Assembly: GCA_944372195.1 (NCBI GenBank)
Contig: CALVYK010000003.1
Span: forward strand, 10,337-74,336
Length of the DNA: 64,000 bases
Origin: an uncultured Bacilli bacterium
GTDB lineage: Bacteria; Bacillota_I; Bacilli_A; RF39; UBA660
Reading direction: 5' to 3'
The position numbers and the translations under genes are program-made. Positions 9,228 to 20,154 of the stretch are shown piece after piece (the stretch's first letter is position 1; each line of letters opens with the position of its first letter). Under the pieces are notes generated by a model that worked only from the letters and a program-made list of their open reading frames with translations, was not told the DNA's origin and searched no databases.

Positions 9228-10005
9228 AGAGCATATTAATTATTTAAAAAAAATTAAAAGAAATAATCTTTTTATTAAAATAACGCAAGTTGGTATTTTA
9301 ATTCTATTTATTATTATTTGGCAATTATTATCAGATTATAAAATTATTAATCCTTTTATTTTTTCATCTCCTAAAAAAGTAATCGAATGTTTAATAAGTC
9401 TACATAACGCAAATAATTTATATAATCATATTTTTATAACTATATATGAAACTTTTATTAGTTTTTTACTAGGAACTTTATTAGGTATTTTAATAGCAAG
9501 TTTAATGTGGTGGAATAAATTTTTTGCTAAAGTTATCGATCCTTATTTGACTGTTTTAAATAGTCTACCCAAAGTAGCACTAGGCCCAATATTGATTATA
9601 TGGGTAGGAGCTGGTATGCAATCAATTATTGTAATGGCATTATTAATATCTACTATCATTACAATTATAACTGTTTATCAAGGTTTTATTAGTGTTGATC
9701 CAATCAAAGTAAAATTAATGCAAACCTTTAAGGCAAATAAACGACAAATATATATGAAATTAATATTACCTGCCACTTTGCCTAATATAATTAGTTGTTT
9801 TAAAGTGAATATCAGTATGTCTTTAATTGGAGTTATTATGGGAGAATTTTTAGTATCAAAAGAAGGTATCGGTTACTTAATTATGTATGGTTCGCAAGTA
9901 TTTAATTTAGATTTAGTTATCACAGGAACAATAATACTATGTTTAGTAGCAGTTATTATGTATTATTTAGTATTGTTACTAGAAAAAAAGTTAGTCAAAA
10001 ACTAA
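9220..10005 (+). CDS. ABC transporter permease (SsuC/TauC-like)
   Basis: 261 aa with 6 TM segments. It overlaps the ATPase gene by 8 nt and has the typical binding-protein-dependent permease layout. Confidence 0.85.
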   Translation: MTKEHINYLKKIKRNNLFIKITQVGILILFIIIWQLLSDYKIINPFIFSSPKKVIECLISLHNANNLYNHIFITIYETFISFLLGTLLGILIASLMWWNKFFAKVIDPYLTVLNSLPKVALGPILIIWVGAGMQSIIVMALLISTIITIITVYQGFISVDPIKVKLMQTFKANKRQIYMKLILPATLPNIISCFKVNISMSLIGVIMGEFLVSKEGIGYLIMYGSQVFNLDLVITGTIILCLVAVIMYYLVLLLEKKLVKN

Positions 10006-10859
10006 CTTTTTATTAATATAACCCCTATTACTGTTAATATAGCTGCAACAAACTTCTGTTTAAATTTACTTTTATCATGATAAAAAAAGTATTCAATTAA
10101 GGCATTTATTATGCCTGTTAAAGATAATAAAGAAGCTACAACGGTCACATTACCTACTTGATAAGCTTTTACAGACGAAATAAGCATTAAACACCAGGTA
10201 AATCCTGATAAAACAAAACATTTTTTATCGTATAAATTAAATTCATTTATTAATCCTCTAATTGTATGTTTACCAAAAATAAAAATATAAAATGCTGGTA
10301 TCAATACAGTAAAAATTGTATAAATAGCTAAATTAAAGTTTTCAGAAATATTAACGTTTATAAGCATTGCAATAGCAAATAATAAATTAGATATAAATGT
10401 TAAAACATAATACCTATTGATTTTAAATTTTCCTTTTTCAAAAAATAAGATTAAATTGGCTAGTATAATAACTATTGAACCTAATAATTTATTAATTAAA
10501 AATTCTTCTTTTAAAAATATAAAACCAAATATAATTAAATAAACTGTAGAAGATTGTTTAAGCATACTAAAAATAGATGGATCTAATCCATATCTTGCTT
10601 CAATATTTAATCTATCTGTAAAAGCATATAAAATTGTAACAATAAACAAAATCAAATATATATTTAAATTAGTTGTAAATTTAAATTCAAAAAATGGAAT
10701 TAAAAAAACAGCAAAAAAAGCAGTAAAAAATTCAATCAATATTGTTAGTGAACCGGCATTTTTCATGTTTCTATTTGCTTTTTTAAATGTTCTTGCAAAT
10801 ATAATGGAAGATATCAAATAAAGAATTGTCCAATACTGCCAAGAATTAAAAATATTCAT
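10002..10859 (-). CDS. EamA/DMT-family transporter
   Basis: Start moved to the ATG at 10859 (RBS aggtgaag 4 nt upstream). About 10 TM segments in two similar halves. Confidence 0.65.
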   Translation of the reverse strand: MNIFNSWQYWTILYLISSIIFARTFKKANRNMKNAGSLTILIEFFTAFFAVFLIPFFEFKFTTNLNIYLILFIVTILYAFTDRLNIEARYGLDPSIFSMLKQSSTVYLIIFGFIFLKEEFLINKLLGSIVIILANLILFFEKGKFKINRYYVLTFISNLLFAIAMLINVNISENFNLAIYTIFTVLIPAFYIFIFGKHTIRGLINEFNLYDKKCFVLSGFTWCLMLISSVKAYQVGNVTVVASLLSLTGIINALIEYFFYHDKSKFKQKFVAAILTVIGVILIKS

Positions 10860-10979
10860 AAACTTCACCTTAATTATTATTTTACTAAAAAAAAATAAAG
10901 TAAACAACAAAATTTTATAATAATTTGACAAAATATAAATCATATGATAAGATATCACGCCGAAAGAGGGGGATAATTT

Positions 10980-11210
10980 ATGAATATAGAAAGAATTAAA
11001 GAATATGCCAAAGAATGCAAACCTTATTTTAATGCATTAAATAAAAAGCAGCAAGAACAATTTATAATTTCATTACCGCTTAATAAAGAAGAATTTATTT
11101 ATTTCTTCAAAACATTATTAACTTCTGATTCATTTGATATAAGAACAAACATACAAGATATGTTTTCATGCAAAAATAATGAAACATCAAATTGTCAATT
11201 AGTAAGATAA
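10980..11210 (+). CDS. Hypothetical small protein
   Basis: 76-aa ORF with RBS agaggggga upstream, followed by a clean terminator. Confidence 0.5.
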   Translation: MNIERIKEYAKECKPYFNALNKKQQEQFIISLPLNKEEFIYFFKTLLTSDSFDIRTNIQDMFSCKNNETSNCQLVR

Positions 11211-11237
11211 TTTCGTAAATGAAATTATTTTTTTTTG
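11207..11237 (+). terminator. Intrinsic terminator
   Basis: ATAATTTC gtaaat GAAATTAT followed by T9. Confidence 0.7.
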
Positions 11238-11259
11238 CCATATTATTAATGGTGATATA

Positions 11260-12180
11260 ATGATTAGACTAGGATATGTTTCAATTTCAAACACTTTAAA
11301 TATTAGTTGTTCTAAAACAATTACATATACAGAATTTAACAAAAGCAAAGATTTAAATAAAATAGACAAAATAATACTAGAAAATTTAGATAATTTAAAT
11401 AAAATTATCGATTACAATGTAAAAAATAACATTCATTTTTATAGATTAACATCAAAACTAATACCACTTGCCACAAAAAAAGATGTTATATTTGATTATA
11501 TTGATAAATATAAAAATATTTATCAAGAAATAGGAAATAAAATTAAAAAAAATAACATACGAGTTGATGTTCATCCAGATCAGTTTTGTGTTTTAAATAG
11601 TACAAAAAAAGAAGTATTAGAAAATACATTTGAGATACTAGAATATCATTATAAAATATTAGATGCATTAAGTATAGAAAACAAAATAATAATATTGCAT
11701 GTTGGAAGTAGTGTTCTAGGCAAACAAAACAGTACTAAACGATTTATTAATAACTTTTATAAATTGCCTAGACATATTCAAAAATGTATTGCTATTGAAA
11801 ATGATGATAAAGTATATAATATTTTAGATTGTTTATACATTTGTAATAAATTAAATATACCTTTAGTTTTAGACTATCATCATCATATGTGCAATAATGT
11901 TTGTGACATAGATAAATATTTAGATGATATTTTTAAAACATGGAAAATAACACCAAAAATACATTTTTCTTCTCCTAAAAATAATACTAAAAAAGACTTT
12001 AGGTCCCACCATGATTATATTAATATTGATGACTTTATAATTTTTTTAAATAAAGTTAAAAATATTAATTTAGATATCATGTTAGAAGCTAAAGCCAAGG
12101 ATGAAGCGCTATTTAGATTAGTAAGATTATTAAAATACAATAATTATCAATTTATTGACGATACAACATTCATTAATTAA
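11260..12180 (+). CDS. uvsE: UV damage endonuclease
   Basis: 306 aa. The pattern MIRLGYVSISNT..., FYRLTSKLIPLAT, VHPDQFCVLNS, ILHVGS, IAIENDDKVY, LDYHHH follows UvsE/UVDE block by block. Confidence 0.9.
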   Translation: MIRLGYVSISNTLNISCSKTITYTEFNKSKDLNKIDKIILENLDNLNKIIDYNVKNNIHFYRLTSKLIPLATKKDVIFDYIDKYKNIYQEIGNKIKKNNIRVDVHPDQFCVLNSTKKEVLENTFEILEYHYKILDALSIENKIIILHVGSSVLGKQNSTKRFINNFYKLPRHIQKCIAIENDDKVYNILDCLYICNKLNIPLVLDYHHHMCNNVCDIDKYLDDIFKTWKITPKIHFSSPKNNTKKDFRSHHDYINIDDFIIFLNKVKNINLDIMLEAKAKDEALFRLVRLLKYNNYQFIDDTTFIN

Positions 12181-12661
12181 AGTCTATTAACTTCAATAAT
12201 TTTTCAATAGCATCTTTATTGGTATTATCTTTTTCTAATAATTCCTCTAAAAATTTTTTAGTATTATTACTTTGAGGTAACATAAATCCTGCTTCACGAT
12301 ATAAATCTTCTGTTATTAATCTGTTTGATTTCATTAATATTTTTGCTAGTAACTTTTCTTTTTCGTCATTACTATTTTCAAAAATATAATGAGCAATTTG
12401 TTCTTGATCAACCTTACTACTAATTACTCTTCTTAATTTTTCAATTACTTCGTTATCTTTATCTTGTTGTTTTGGATATTTGTAAGGAACCATTGAAATT
12501 GCACCTGCTGGACAGGCTTTGCTACAAGCACCACAACCAATACATTTTTCAAAATCAATTTGACCAGTTTCTGTATCAGTAGCTCCAGTTGGACATACAA
12601 ACAAGCATAAACAATCTTTACTACAAATTCTTAAATTACGAACGGCTCTTAATTCACTCAT
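12173..12661 (-). CDS. 4Fe-4S dicluster ferredoxin-domain protein with helical C-terminal extension
   Basis: [16 protein letters not shown] plus an upstream [15 protein letters not shown] cluster. The stop lies in the palindrome TTAATTAA shared with uvsE. Confidence 0.75.
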   Translation of the reverse strand: MSELRAVRNLRICSKDCLCLFVCPTGATDTETGQIDFEKCIGCGACSKACPAGAISMVPYKYPKQQDKDNEVIEKLRRVISSKVDQEQIAHYIFENSNDEKEKLLAKILMKSNRLITEDLYREAGFMLPQSNNTKKFLEELLEKDNTNKDAIEKLLKLIDFN

Positions 12662-13251
12662 CTTACTACCTCCACTAATTTAAAATTAGGTACTTTACAT
12701 ACTGGACAAATTTCCGGTTTTTCATCACCAATATACACAAATCCACATACCTCACAAACATATATTTTTTTATCGGTTGGAATTTCATTATTTAACAATG
12801 ATTTTAATATCATCGTAACCTTTTCACCCCATGTGATAACACGTAAAGATCCTCTATCTTCTTTTGTAGTAGCAATTTCTCTGGCTTTTTTATAATTTAA
12901 ATCTAAATCTTTATTTATTTTATTGATTAAATCTTCAAAATTACCTTCTATCTTTGCTTTACTATTATAGTAATCTGCTAATTTTTTAAATAACTCTGCT
13001 TCTTCTTGTAAATATTGCTTTTCACAACTACTAGCTAAACTACTACATAAAGCACTTACTTCGCCATAATTCATTTCTCTTAACTCTTCTTCTTGTTCTT
13101 CAACAACTACTTCAATAGCTTCTGCTTTGAATAAACTTTTAGGAGCTCCACATAATGGACATTTCCAATCATCTGGCAAATCATCAAATTTTACGCCTTC
13201 TTTTGCTTCATCATAAACATATCCGCAAATTGGACAAATATATTTTTTCAT
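12658..13251 (-). CDS. Rubredoxin-domain protein (N-terminal rubredoxin, helical middle, C-terminal rubredoxin-like Zn/Fe ribbon)
   Basis: The N-terminus is [13 protein letters not shown]...[15 protein letters not shown]. The C-terminus is [29 protein letters not shown] overlap with the ferredoxin gene. Confidence 0.8.
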   Translation of the reverse strand: MKKYICPICGYVYDEAKEGVKFDDLPDDWKCPLCGAPKSLFKAEAIEVVVEEQEEELREMNYGEVSALCSSLASSCEKQYLQEEAELFKKLADYYNSKAKIEGNFEDLINKINKDLDLNYKKAREIATTKEDRGSLRVITWGEKVTMILKSLLNNEIPTDKKIYVCEVCGFVYIGDEKPEICPVCKVPNFKLVEVVR

Positions 13252-13309
13252 TACTCACATCCTTTACATTAAAATTATACCATAATAATCAAAAAAAAGT
13301 ATAGTTAAT

Positions 13310-14008
13310 CTATACTAATTTTTTTTGTTTTCCATTTAATTCATTTAATTTCTCTTTTAATTGTTGTTCTAGTTGTAATTTTAATTCGTTCCCATCAATG
13401 TCATCAACACATTTATTTATCAAAGATTCTACTACATTAATTAATAATTCCTTATCAAAATTATCATTTATATTTGTCAAATTTAAAACCAATTTAGCTA
13501 AAGTTATCCATTGATTTAAGTCAACATTAGATGATTGCATTTGACAAATAATTTTTAAGCAATTGACTTTTAAATAACATTGGTTGTTATTTGGATTAAC
13601 TTTTAATGAAAATTCATAAAACTTAGTTTTTAATAATTCAATTAAATGATATCTACTAGAAAAAGTATGAAATATTTCTTCTCCTATTTTTCCAAAATCA
13701 CCAAAATTCTTTTTAAATATTTCTTCATCTGTTTTTAACATTAATTTTTCATTTTCAATTAAATTATATAATTGAATTAATAAATTTTCATCAACATTTG
13801 AAGATGATTTTAATCTTTCAAACTTATAACAGTCATCTTTAAGATCTAAAATTATTAAATTCCCAAATGTTAAATTGTCGGCATTTGGAATAACAATTGT
13901 AGTTAACTTATTTGCTCTATCACATAAGTGAATAGTTCTATCACTGCGTTTATCTAATGATTGATTATTAATATCTTTTTTTGTAGTTGCAACAACACCT
14001 AAAAACAT
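13310..14008 (-). CDS. Hypothetical protein
   Basis: 232-aa ORF with RBS aaggggga upstream and no recognisable motif. Confidence 0.55.
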   Translation of the reverse strand: MFLGVVATTKKDINNQSLDKRSDRTIHLCDRANKLTTIVIPNADNLTFGNLIILDLKDDCYKFERLKSSSNVDENLLIQLYNLIENEKLMLKTDEEIFKKNFGDFGKIGEEIFHTFSSRYHLIELLKTKFYEFSLKVNPNNNQCYLKVNCLKIICQMQSSNVDLNQWITLAKLVLNLTNINDNFDKELLINVVESLINKCVDDIDGNELKLQLEQQLKEKLNELNGKQKKLV

Positions 14009-14062
14009 ACTACTTCCCCCTTAATGCTAAATATAATAACATCAATCTAACCGCTTGTCAAT

Positions 14063-16621
14063 TTACACACCACCGATAATACCTTTTTTTCTTAAATAAT
14101 ATTTTCTCAAAAAATCAACAGGAACTACTGTAAAACTTAGCCAAAACATAATTTGAAATTCAAAGAATGTTAAACCATAAGTTCTAAATAATTCACCACC
14201 AAAATAAATTAATAAAACTTGAACTATAAAGATAAAACCAATTATAAATATAAACATTTTATTTTTTAAAATATTAGCTAATAAATTTAATCTATGTGTT
14301 CTTGCATTAAAACTATTAAATATACTTATAAAAATAAACAATCCAAAGAAAGCAGTTAAAATATATTGATCTCCATTTCTAAATAATTTATGAAATATTG
14401 GCAACTTTAAAAATAATATACATAATATTGTGGAATATATGCCTGTAAAAAATATTTCATGTTTCATATATTCATTAATTATGTTTTCATCCCTTTTTTT
14501 GGGTTTTTCATACATATATTCTTTTAATGGTGCTTCAAAAGAAAATGCTAAAGCAGCTAATGTATCCATAACCATATTTATCCACAGCATTTGAATAACT
14601 GTAACTGGTGTATCAACACCAATAAAAGGTCCAATAATTGACAAACTTACAGCACAAATATTGACTGTTAATTGAAATATAATAAATTTCCTAATACTTT
14701 TAAATATAGTTCTACCAAATAATATTGCTTTTGTAATAGATAAAAAATTATTATCTAATATAACAATTTCACTTGCTTCTTTAGCAACCTCAGTCCCTGA
14801 TCCAAAAGCAAATCCAACATCAGCTCTTTTTAAAGCAGGAGCATCATTAACGCCATCTCCAGTCATACCAACTACTAAATCTAATTCTTGACTAATTCTA
14901 ACTAACCTACTTTTATCTTGTGGAACAGCTCTAGCAACTACTCTTAATTTTGGTAGTATTTTTTTTAATTCCTCATCAGACATATTTTTCATTTCGTCAC
15001 TTGTTAATATTAAATCACCATCTTGATATAAGCCTACTTCTTTAGCAATAGCTAACGCGGTTAATTTATTATCACCTGTTACCATAACTGTTTGAATAGA
15101 AGCTTTTTTAACCAAATCAATTCCTTCATATGCTTCTTTTCTAATTTCATCTTTGATTAAAACAAATCCAACTAAAGTTAATTGCTTACTATTTTCCTTA
15201 GAAGAAGCAAAAGCAATTATTCTATTACCTTCTTTAGTTAATTTTCTTAAATTATCTTCAATAATTAATTTTTTTCTTAAAAACTTTTTATTACCTTCAA
15301 CATCAAAATAAAATTCACACTTTTTTAAAATAACTTCGGGTGCCCCTTTAATTAAATAAATTTTTTCATTTTTATATTTAATAGTAGTAGATGAATATTT
15401 ATTTTTGCTATCAAAAGGAACATTATCAATTATTTCATATTTATTTTTTTCTTTAACATTTGTAAATTTTAAAATTGCTCGATCAGTAATATTACCACCA
15501 ATTATTTTATTATCATAATAACTAGCGTTGTTATAAACTAAAGATATTAAAACAATTTCTTTTAAATTATTTTCTATTTTATCAATACTATCATATTTTT
15601 TTAAATCACTATTTAAAAAATGAGTAACTTCTAAATTGCCTTTAGTTATTGTTCCTGTTTTGTCACTAAATAATATATTAATACTTCCAGCGGTTTCAAT
15701 ACCATGTAATTTTCTAACTAAAACATTATCTTTTAACATTCTTTTAACATTAGATGATAAAACTAAAGTGATCATCATTGGTAATCCTTCTGGTACAGCA
15801 ACTACTATGACAGTGACACATAATGTTAAAGCATATAAAATATGACCGCTTATTACAGGAATATTAGTAACAGTTTCTTTTATCAAATTAAAATCAAAAT
15901 TATTTTTTATAAAAATTACAGAAAATAAATATGAAAAGAAAACTAAAAACGCTCCAATATAACCTATTTTACTAATTAATTCAGCTAATTTTCTTAATCT
16001 TAACTTTAATGGGCTTTCTGGTTGATTTTCTTGTAATTCTTTAGATATTGAACCATAAAAAGTATTATCGCCTACTTTGGTAACTATCATCTTAGCTTGT
16101 TTTGAATAAACTATAGTTCCTCTAAAAACTATCTTGTTTTCAACATTTTTATATATTTCTTTTGCTTCACCAGTAATGCTTGATTCATCAACAGTTATTT
16201 CTCCTTCAATTATTTCTCCATCAGCGGGTATTCTATCTCCTGATTCTAATAAAACTACATCTCCTACCACAACATCATCAATATTAACTTCAACTACTTT
16301 TTTGTTTCTTAAAACTTTACATTTTATTTTAGATGATTCTTCTTGCAATTTCTCAAATGCTTTCTCACTACCATATTCACTAACAGTTGAGATAAATGAA
16401 GCTAGGAATATTGCTATTACAATACCAACTGTTTCATACCAGTCAAAATTTTTTATTAAAAATACAGTTTTTATTCCTAATGCAATTAATAATATTCTTA
16501 TTATAGGATCTCCTAGAGTAGCTATAAATTCCTTAATAAAACTATTTTTTTTAGTACTATTAATAACATTAGATCCAAATTTTTTTCTTGATTCAATTAC
16601 TTCACTATCATTTAGCCCCAT
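14063..16621 (-). CDS. Cation-translocating P-type ATPase (Ca2+/PMCA-SERCA-like, type II)
   Basis: Phosphorylation motif FSDKTGTITKGN, TGES-type loop SSITGEA, hinge MTGDGVNDAPALKRADVG, about 10 TM segments. Confidence 0.9.
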   Translation of the reverse strand: MGLNDSEVIESRKKFGSNVINSTKKNSFIKEFIATLGDPIIRILLIALGIKTVFLIKNFDWYETVGIVIAIFLASFISTVSEYGSEKAFEKLQEESSKIKCKVLRNKKVVEVNIDDVVVGDVVLLESGDRIPADGEIIEGEITVDESSITGEAKEIYKNVENKIVFRGTIVYSKQAKMIVTKVGDNTFYGSISKELQENQPESPLKLRLRKLAELISKIGYIGAFLVFFSYLFSVIFIKNNFDFNLIKETVTNIPVISGHILYALTLCVTVIVVAVPEGLPMMITLVLSSNVKRMLKDNVLVRKLHGIETAGSINILFSDKTGTITKGNLEVTHFLNSDLKKYDSIDKIENNLKEIVLISLVYNNASYYDNKIIGGNITDRAILKFTNVKEKNKYEIIDNVPFDSKNKYSSTTIKYKNEKIYLIKGAPEVILKKCEFYFDVEGNKKFLRKKLIIEDNLRKLTKEGNRIIAFASSKENSKQLTLVGFVLIKDEIRKEAYEGIDLVKKASIQTVMVTGDNKLTALAIAKEVGLYQDGDLILTSDEMKNMSDEELKKILPKLRVVARAVPQDKSRLVRISQELDLVVGMTGDGVNDAPALKRADVGFAFGSGTEVAKEASEIVILDNNFLSITKAILFGRTIFKSIRKFIIFQLTVNICAVSLSIIGPFIGVDTPVTVIQMLWINMVMDTLAALAFSFEAPLKEYMYEKPKKRDENIINEYMKHEIFFTGIYSTILCILFLKLPIFHKLFRNGDQYILTAFFGLFIFISIFNSFNARTHRLNLLANILKNKMFIFIIGFIFIVQVLLIYFGGELFRTYGLTFFEFQIMFWLSFTVVPVDFLRKYYLRKKGIIGGV

Positions 16622-16698
16622 AGATATTCCTCCTAATAAAAAATATTAGAAAAAATATCTAATATTATAATTTTAAATCGACAAATATTTTTAACAAA

Positions 16699-17442
16699 TT
16701 ATCTTTCTTTAGAACTTTCATTTTCCTTGGAAATGGCATAATCTAATGCTTGAAGCAAAAAGGTTTGATTTTGTTTATTAGAATTCAAATCAACATTTTC
16801 ACTAATCATTTTCCTTAAAGTTTCATTATTTGTAACATGAGCTATTCGCCACATATTTAATTTTGCATAATCCAAAACATCATAATATCCCATTGTCGAC
16901 ATTTCTTTTTGATTCAAAAAATATTTATTTTCGTATTCAGAATAATCTTGAAAAAAATCTCCCATTAGAACTTTATTAGTTGGATCAAAATAACAGCCAT
17001 TATCAAACATCAAATCATTATTTTCTATTTTAATATTAACTATTACAGTTCTTTGAATATTTCCTGTTGGAATAAACAATTGTTTATTATTTACTATATC
17101 AAAACCTTCTTGTGTAAATTTAAGCGAACTAAAATAAATGCTATTCTTAAAATTTTGCAATCTTAATATATATTCCTTAGTAATTCCTGACTTTAAATTA
17201 TAATGAATCAAATAATTTAAATTATCAAGCCATTTAGAAAAACGTTCTTTATCAAACGTAAAATTTTCATCATATTTTCCAATAACAATATAATTTGGAA
17301 TTCTTTTATTAACAAAACGATATATTAATAATTTTTTCATTTGGTTGTTTAATTTAACATATATAATTAGAAAACTATTTATCAAATCACCATAATTTTC
17401 TAAATTTCTACAACTTAAATATTTTTGAATAAACTCTTCCAT
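16699..17442 (-). CDS. Hypothetical protein
   Basis: Start moved to the ATG at 17442 (GGAGG 6 nt upstream). The track start is a TTG inside the RBS. No recognisable domain. Confidence 0.55.
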   Translation of the reverse strand: MEEFIQKYLSCRNLENYGDLINSFLIIYVKLNNQMKKLLIYRFVNKRIPNYIVIGKYDENFTFDKERFSKWLDNLNYLIHYNLKSGITKEYILRLQNFKNSIYFSSLKFTQEGFDIVNNKQLFIPTGNIQRTVIVNIKIENNDLMFDNGCYFDPTNKVLMGDFFQDYSEYENKYFLNQKEMSTMGYYDVLDYAKLNMWRIAHVTNNETLRKMISENVDLNSNKQNQTFLLQALDYAISKENESSKER

Positions 17443-17539
17443 ATAAACCTCCAATTATTCATTTATTATATCATATAATGTAAATTAAATAAATATTTTA
17501 CTTAATTTTGCCCATAATAATTAAAAAGTAGGTGAAACT

Positions 17540-18997
17540 ATGGATAAAGAATTAAATAAAATAATTACCCATATTAAAGAAATGAATGGTAATAGTAGTG
17601 ATATTAATGTAAGATATTTTAATATTCATAAAGAAAAAGTAGCATTTATGTTTTTAGAAAGTGTCGCTAGCGATGATAAAATAAGTAATTATTTAGGCAA
17701 AAGTTTAAGTATTAATGTAAGAAGTAAAAAAAATATATTTGAAAATTTATTCGATAGTATTAATAATACTATTCCAAATAGTAAAGTTAAGATAATAGAT
17801 AACTATGACGATATTTTTTATCATTTAGCAAGCGGTTTTACTTGTGTTTTTGTCGATGGTTATAATAAAGCAATCACTTTAGAAACTAAAGCTTTATTAG
17901 ATAGAAGTGTTACTGAAGCTACTAGTGAACCTGTTTTAAAAGGTCCTAAAGATTGTTTTATTGAAAATATACTAGCTAATATGGGATTAATTAGGAAAAG
18001 AATTAAAGATCCCAATCTTTATTTTGAAGAAACAAAAGTTGGAAGAAGGACAAAAACAAAAGTTATAATTGGTTATATTAAAGATATTGCTGATGAAGAA
18101 AAAGTAAATTTATTAAAGAAAAAACTAGAAAAAATTAATATTGATGGAATCATCGATTCAAATTATATAAAAGAATTATTAACCGATAATCAAAAATCTT
18201 TTTTACCAAGAGTAATATCTACAGAAAGACCTGATTTAACCGCCATGGGATTATTAGACGGTAAAATAGCTATCATCGTAGAAAACACTCCTTATGTTTT
18301 ATTACTTCCTACCGTATTTGCTGATTTTTTCAAATCATCTGAAGACTATTATACAAAACCATTTAATGCCTCTTTTACAAGAATATTAAGATATATCGCT
18401 TTTTTTATTGCTATATTAGTTCCAGCTCTTTATATAGCTGTAACTACATTTAATATGGAAGTCGTCCCTAGTTCTTTATTAATATCATTTTCTATTCAAA
18501 GAGAAAGTGTTCCCTTTCCCACCATAATAGAAGTTCTAATACTAGTAATTTCTTACGAGATATTAAGAGAAGCCGATACAAGAAAACCACAAATCATGGG
18601 CGCATCCATCAGTATTGTCGGTGCTTTAATTTTAGGTGAAGCAGCTGTTTCTGCCGGCGTTATATCACCAATTGTTGTTATTGTTATTTCTATTTCAGCC
18701 GTTTCAGGAATGGGTTTCAATGATCCAGACATAACAAATGCAATTAGAATATGGCGAATTTTATTCATGTTGGCCGCTTGCTTGTTTGGTATTGTTGGAA
18801 TCGTCATTTTATTCATTATCTTTATAACTAAATTGAACAGTATTGAAGTATTAGGTACACCTTATTTAGCGCCTTTATCTCCTTTTAGTTTAAAAGATTT
18901 TAAAAATTCTTTGACAAGATTCCCTCAGCAAAAAATCAAGACAAGACCGACTTATTTTAATAAAAAAAATATTAATAGAATAGGAAGTGACAAATGA
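17540..18997 (+). CDS. Spore germination protein, GerA-family A subunit
   Basis: 485 aa with a soluble N-domain followed by 4-5 TM segments. First gene of a three-gene germinant-receptor operon. RBS aggtga. Confidence 0.85.
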   Translation: MDKELNKIITHIKEMNGNSSDINVRYFNIHKEKVAFMFLESVASDDKISNYLGKSLSINVRSKKNIFENLFDSINNTIPNSKVKIIDNYDDIFYHLASGFTCVFVDGYNKAITLETKALLDRSVTEATSEPVLKGPKDCFIENILANMGLIRKRIKDPNLYFEETKVGRRTKTKVIIGYIKDIADEEKVNLLKKKLEKINIDGIIDSNYIKELLTDNQKSFLPRVISTERPDLTAMGLLDGKIAIIVENTPYVLLLPTVFADFFKSSEDYYTKPFNASFTRILRYIAFFIAILVPALYIAVTTFNMEVVPSSLLISFSIQRESVPFPTIIEVLILVISYEILREADTRKPQIMGASISIVGALILGEAAVSAGVISPIVVIVISISAVSGMGFNDPDITNAIRIWRILFMLAACLFGIVGIVILFIIFITKLNSIEVLGTPYLAPLSPFSLKDFKNSLTRFPQQKIKTRPTYFNKKNINRIGSDK

Positions 18998-20154
18998 AAA
19001 AACTATTAATCATTCCATTAATATTCCTATTAACTGGGTGTTGGAATTATCGCGAACTTAATCAATTAGCTATAACGACTGGGATTGCAGTAGATAAAGA
19101 AAATGATAATTATAAAATAACTATTATGATAGCTAATTCTAAAAAAAGCAGTAGTTCAGATGATAGTATAACTCCATCAGCAGCTGTTTACGATGGAACA
19201 GGTCAAACAATTTATGAAGCCTTTAAAGATACATCTTTAAGTGTATCTAAACAAATTTATCTAAGTCATATTGATGTATTAGTATTATCTGAAGAAGTCG
19301 CAAAAAATAATTTAACTGATGTAATTGATTTTCTATTTCGTTATCCCCAAACAAGAAATAATTTTTATTTAGTTTTAGCAAAGGATAAAAAAGCTAGCGA
19401 CATCTTAAAAGTAACTACGCCATTAGAGACATTTCCCTCTCAAAATCTAGCTAAAAATCTTGAAATAACTGATAAATTACAAGGATTTACTTATACAGTC
19501 GATTTTACTGATTTTACAAAATCACTTGTATCAGAAGGGATAAATCCTATTCTTCCATCAGTAACAATCATTGGAAATAGTGAAGAAGGAAATAAAGAAG
19601 AAAACGTACAACAAAATGAACCATCTACTTATTTAAAATTAGACATATTAGGATTATTTAAAAAAGATAAATTTGTTGCTTGGGCCAATCCTAATCAAAG
19701 CAAAGGAATCAATATAATCAATAATAAAATATACATATTAGGAGTTATCATTGATTACCAAAATGAAAAAATAGTAACAGAAATAACCGAAATGAAAACT
19801 GATTTTAAAGTTGAAAATAATAAAGTGAAAATAACTATTGGTGCAACTGGAGCAATTCAAGAGGTAAATGCTAATGTTAATCTATATAATCTTAAAACTA
19901 TTGAAGAAATTCAAAATTCAGATGTTGAAAAAATTAAAGAATATGTTAATGATGCTATTAATTTAGCCAAAGATAATAAAACAGATATTTTTGGTTTTGG
20001 AAACTATGTTTATAAGAATAATCCTAAAAAATGGAATGAGATAAAAGATAAATGGGACGATGAAATATTCCCTAGTTTAGAAGTAGAAATAGAAGTCAAT
20101 CTAAAACTTCAGGCCAAAGGTTCAATAAATAATATCGTTGAGGTGAGAGAATGA
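18994..20154 (+). CDS. Ger(x)C-family germination lipoprotein
   Basis: Lipobox LLTGCW, then the GerxC-typical WNYRELNQLAITTGIAVD. ATGA overlap with the A subunit. Confidence 0.85.
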   Translation: MKKLLIIPLIFLLTGCWNYRELNQLAITTGIAVDKENDNYKITIMIANSKKSSSSDDSITPSAAVYDGTGQTIYEAFKDTSLSVSKQIYLSHIDVLVLSEEVAKNNLTDVIDFLFRYPQTRNNFYLVLAKDKKASDILKVTTPLETFPSQNLAKNLEITDKLQGFTYTVDFTDFTKSLVSEGINPILPSVTIIGNSEEGNKEENVQQNEPSTYLKLDILGLFKKDKFVAWANPNQSKGINIINNKIYILGVIIDYQNEKIVTEITEMKTDFKVENNKVKITIGATGAIQEVNANVNLYNLKTIEEIQNSDVEKIKEYVNDAINLAKDNKTDIFGFGNYVYKNNPKKWNEIKDKWDDEIFPSLEVEIEVNLKLQAKGSINNIVEVRE

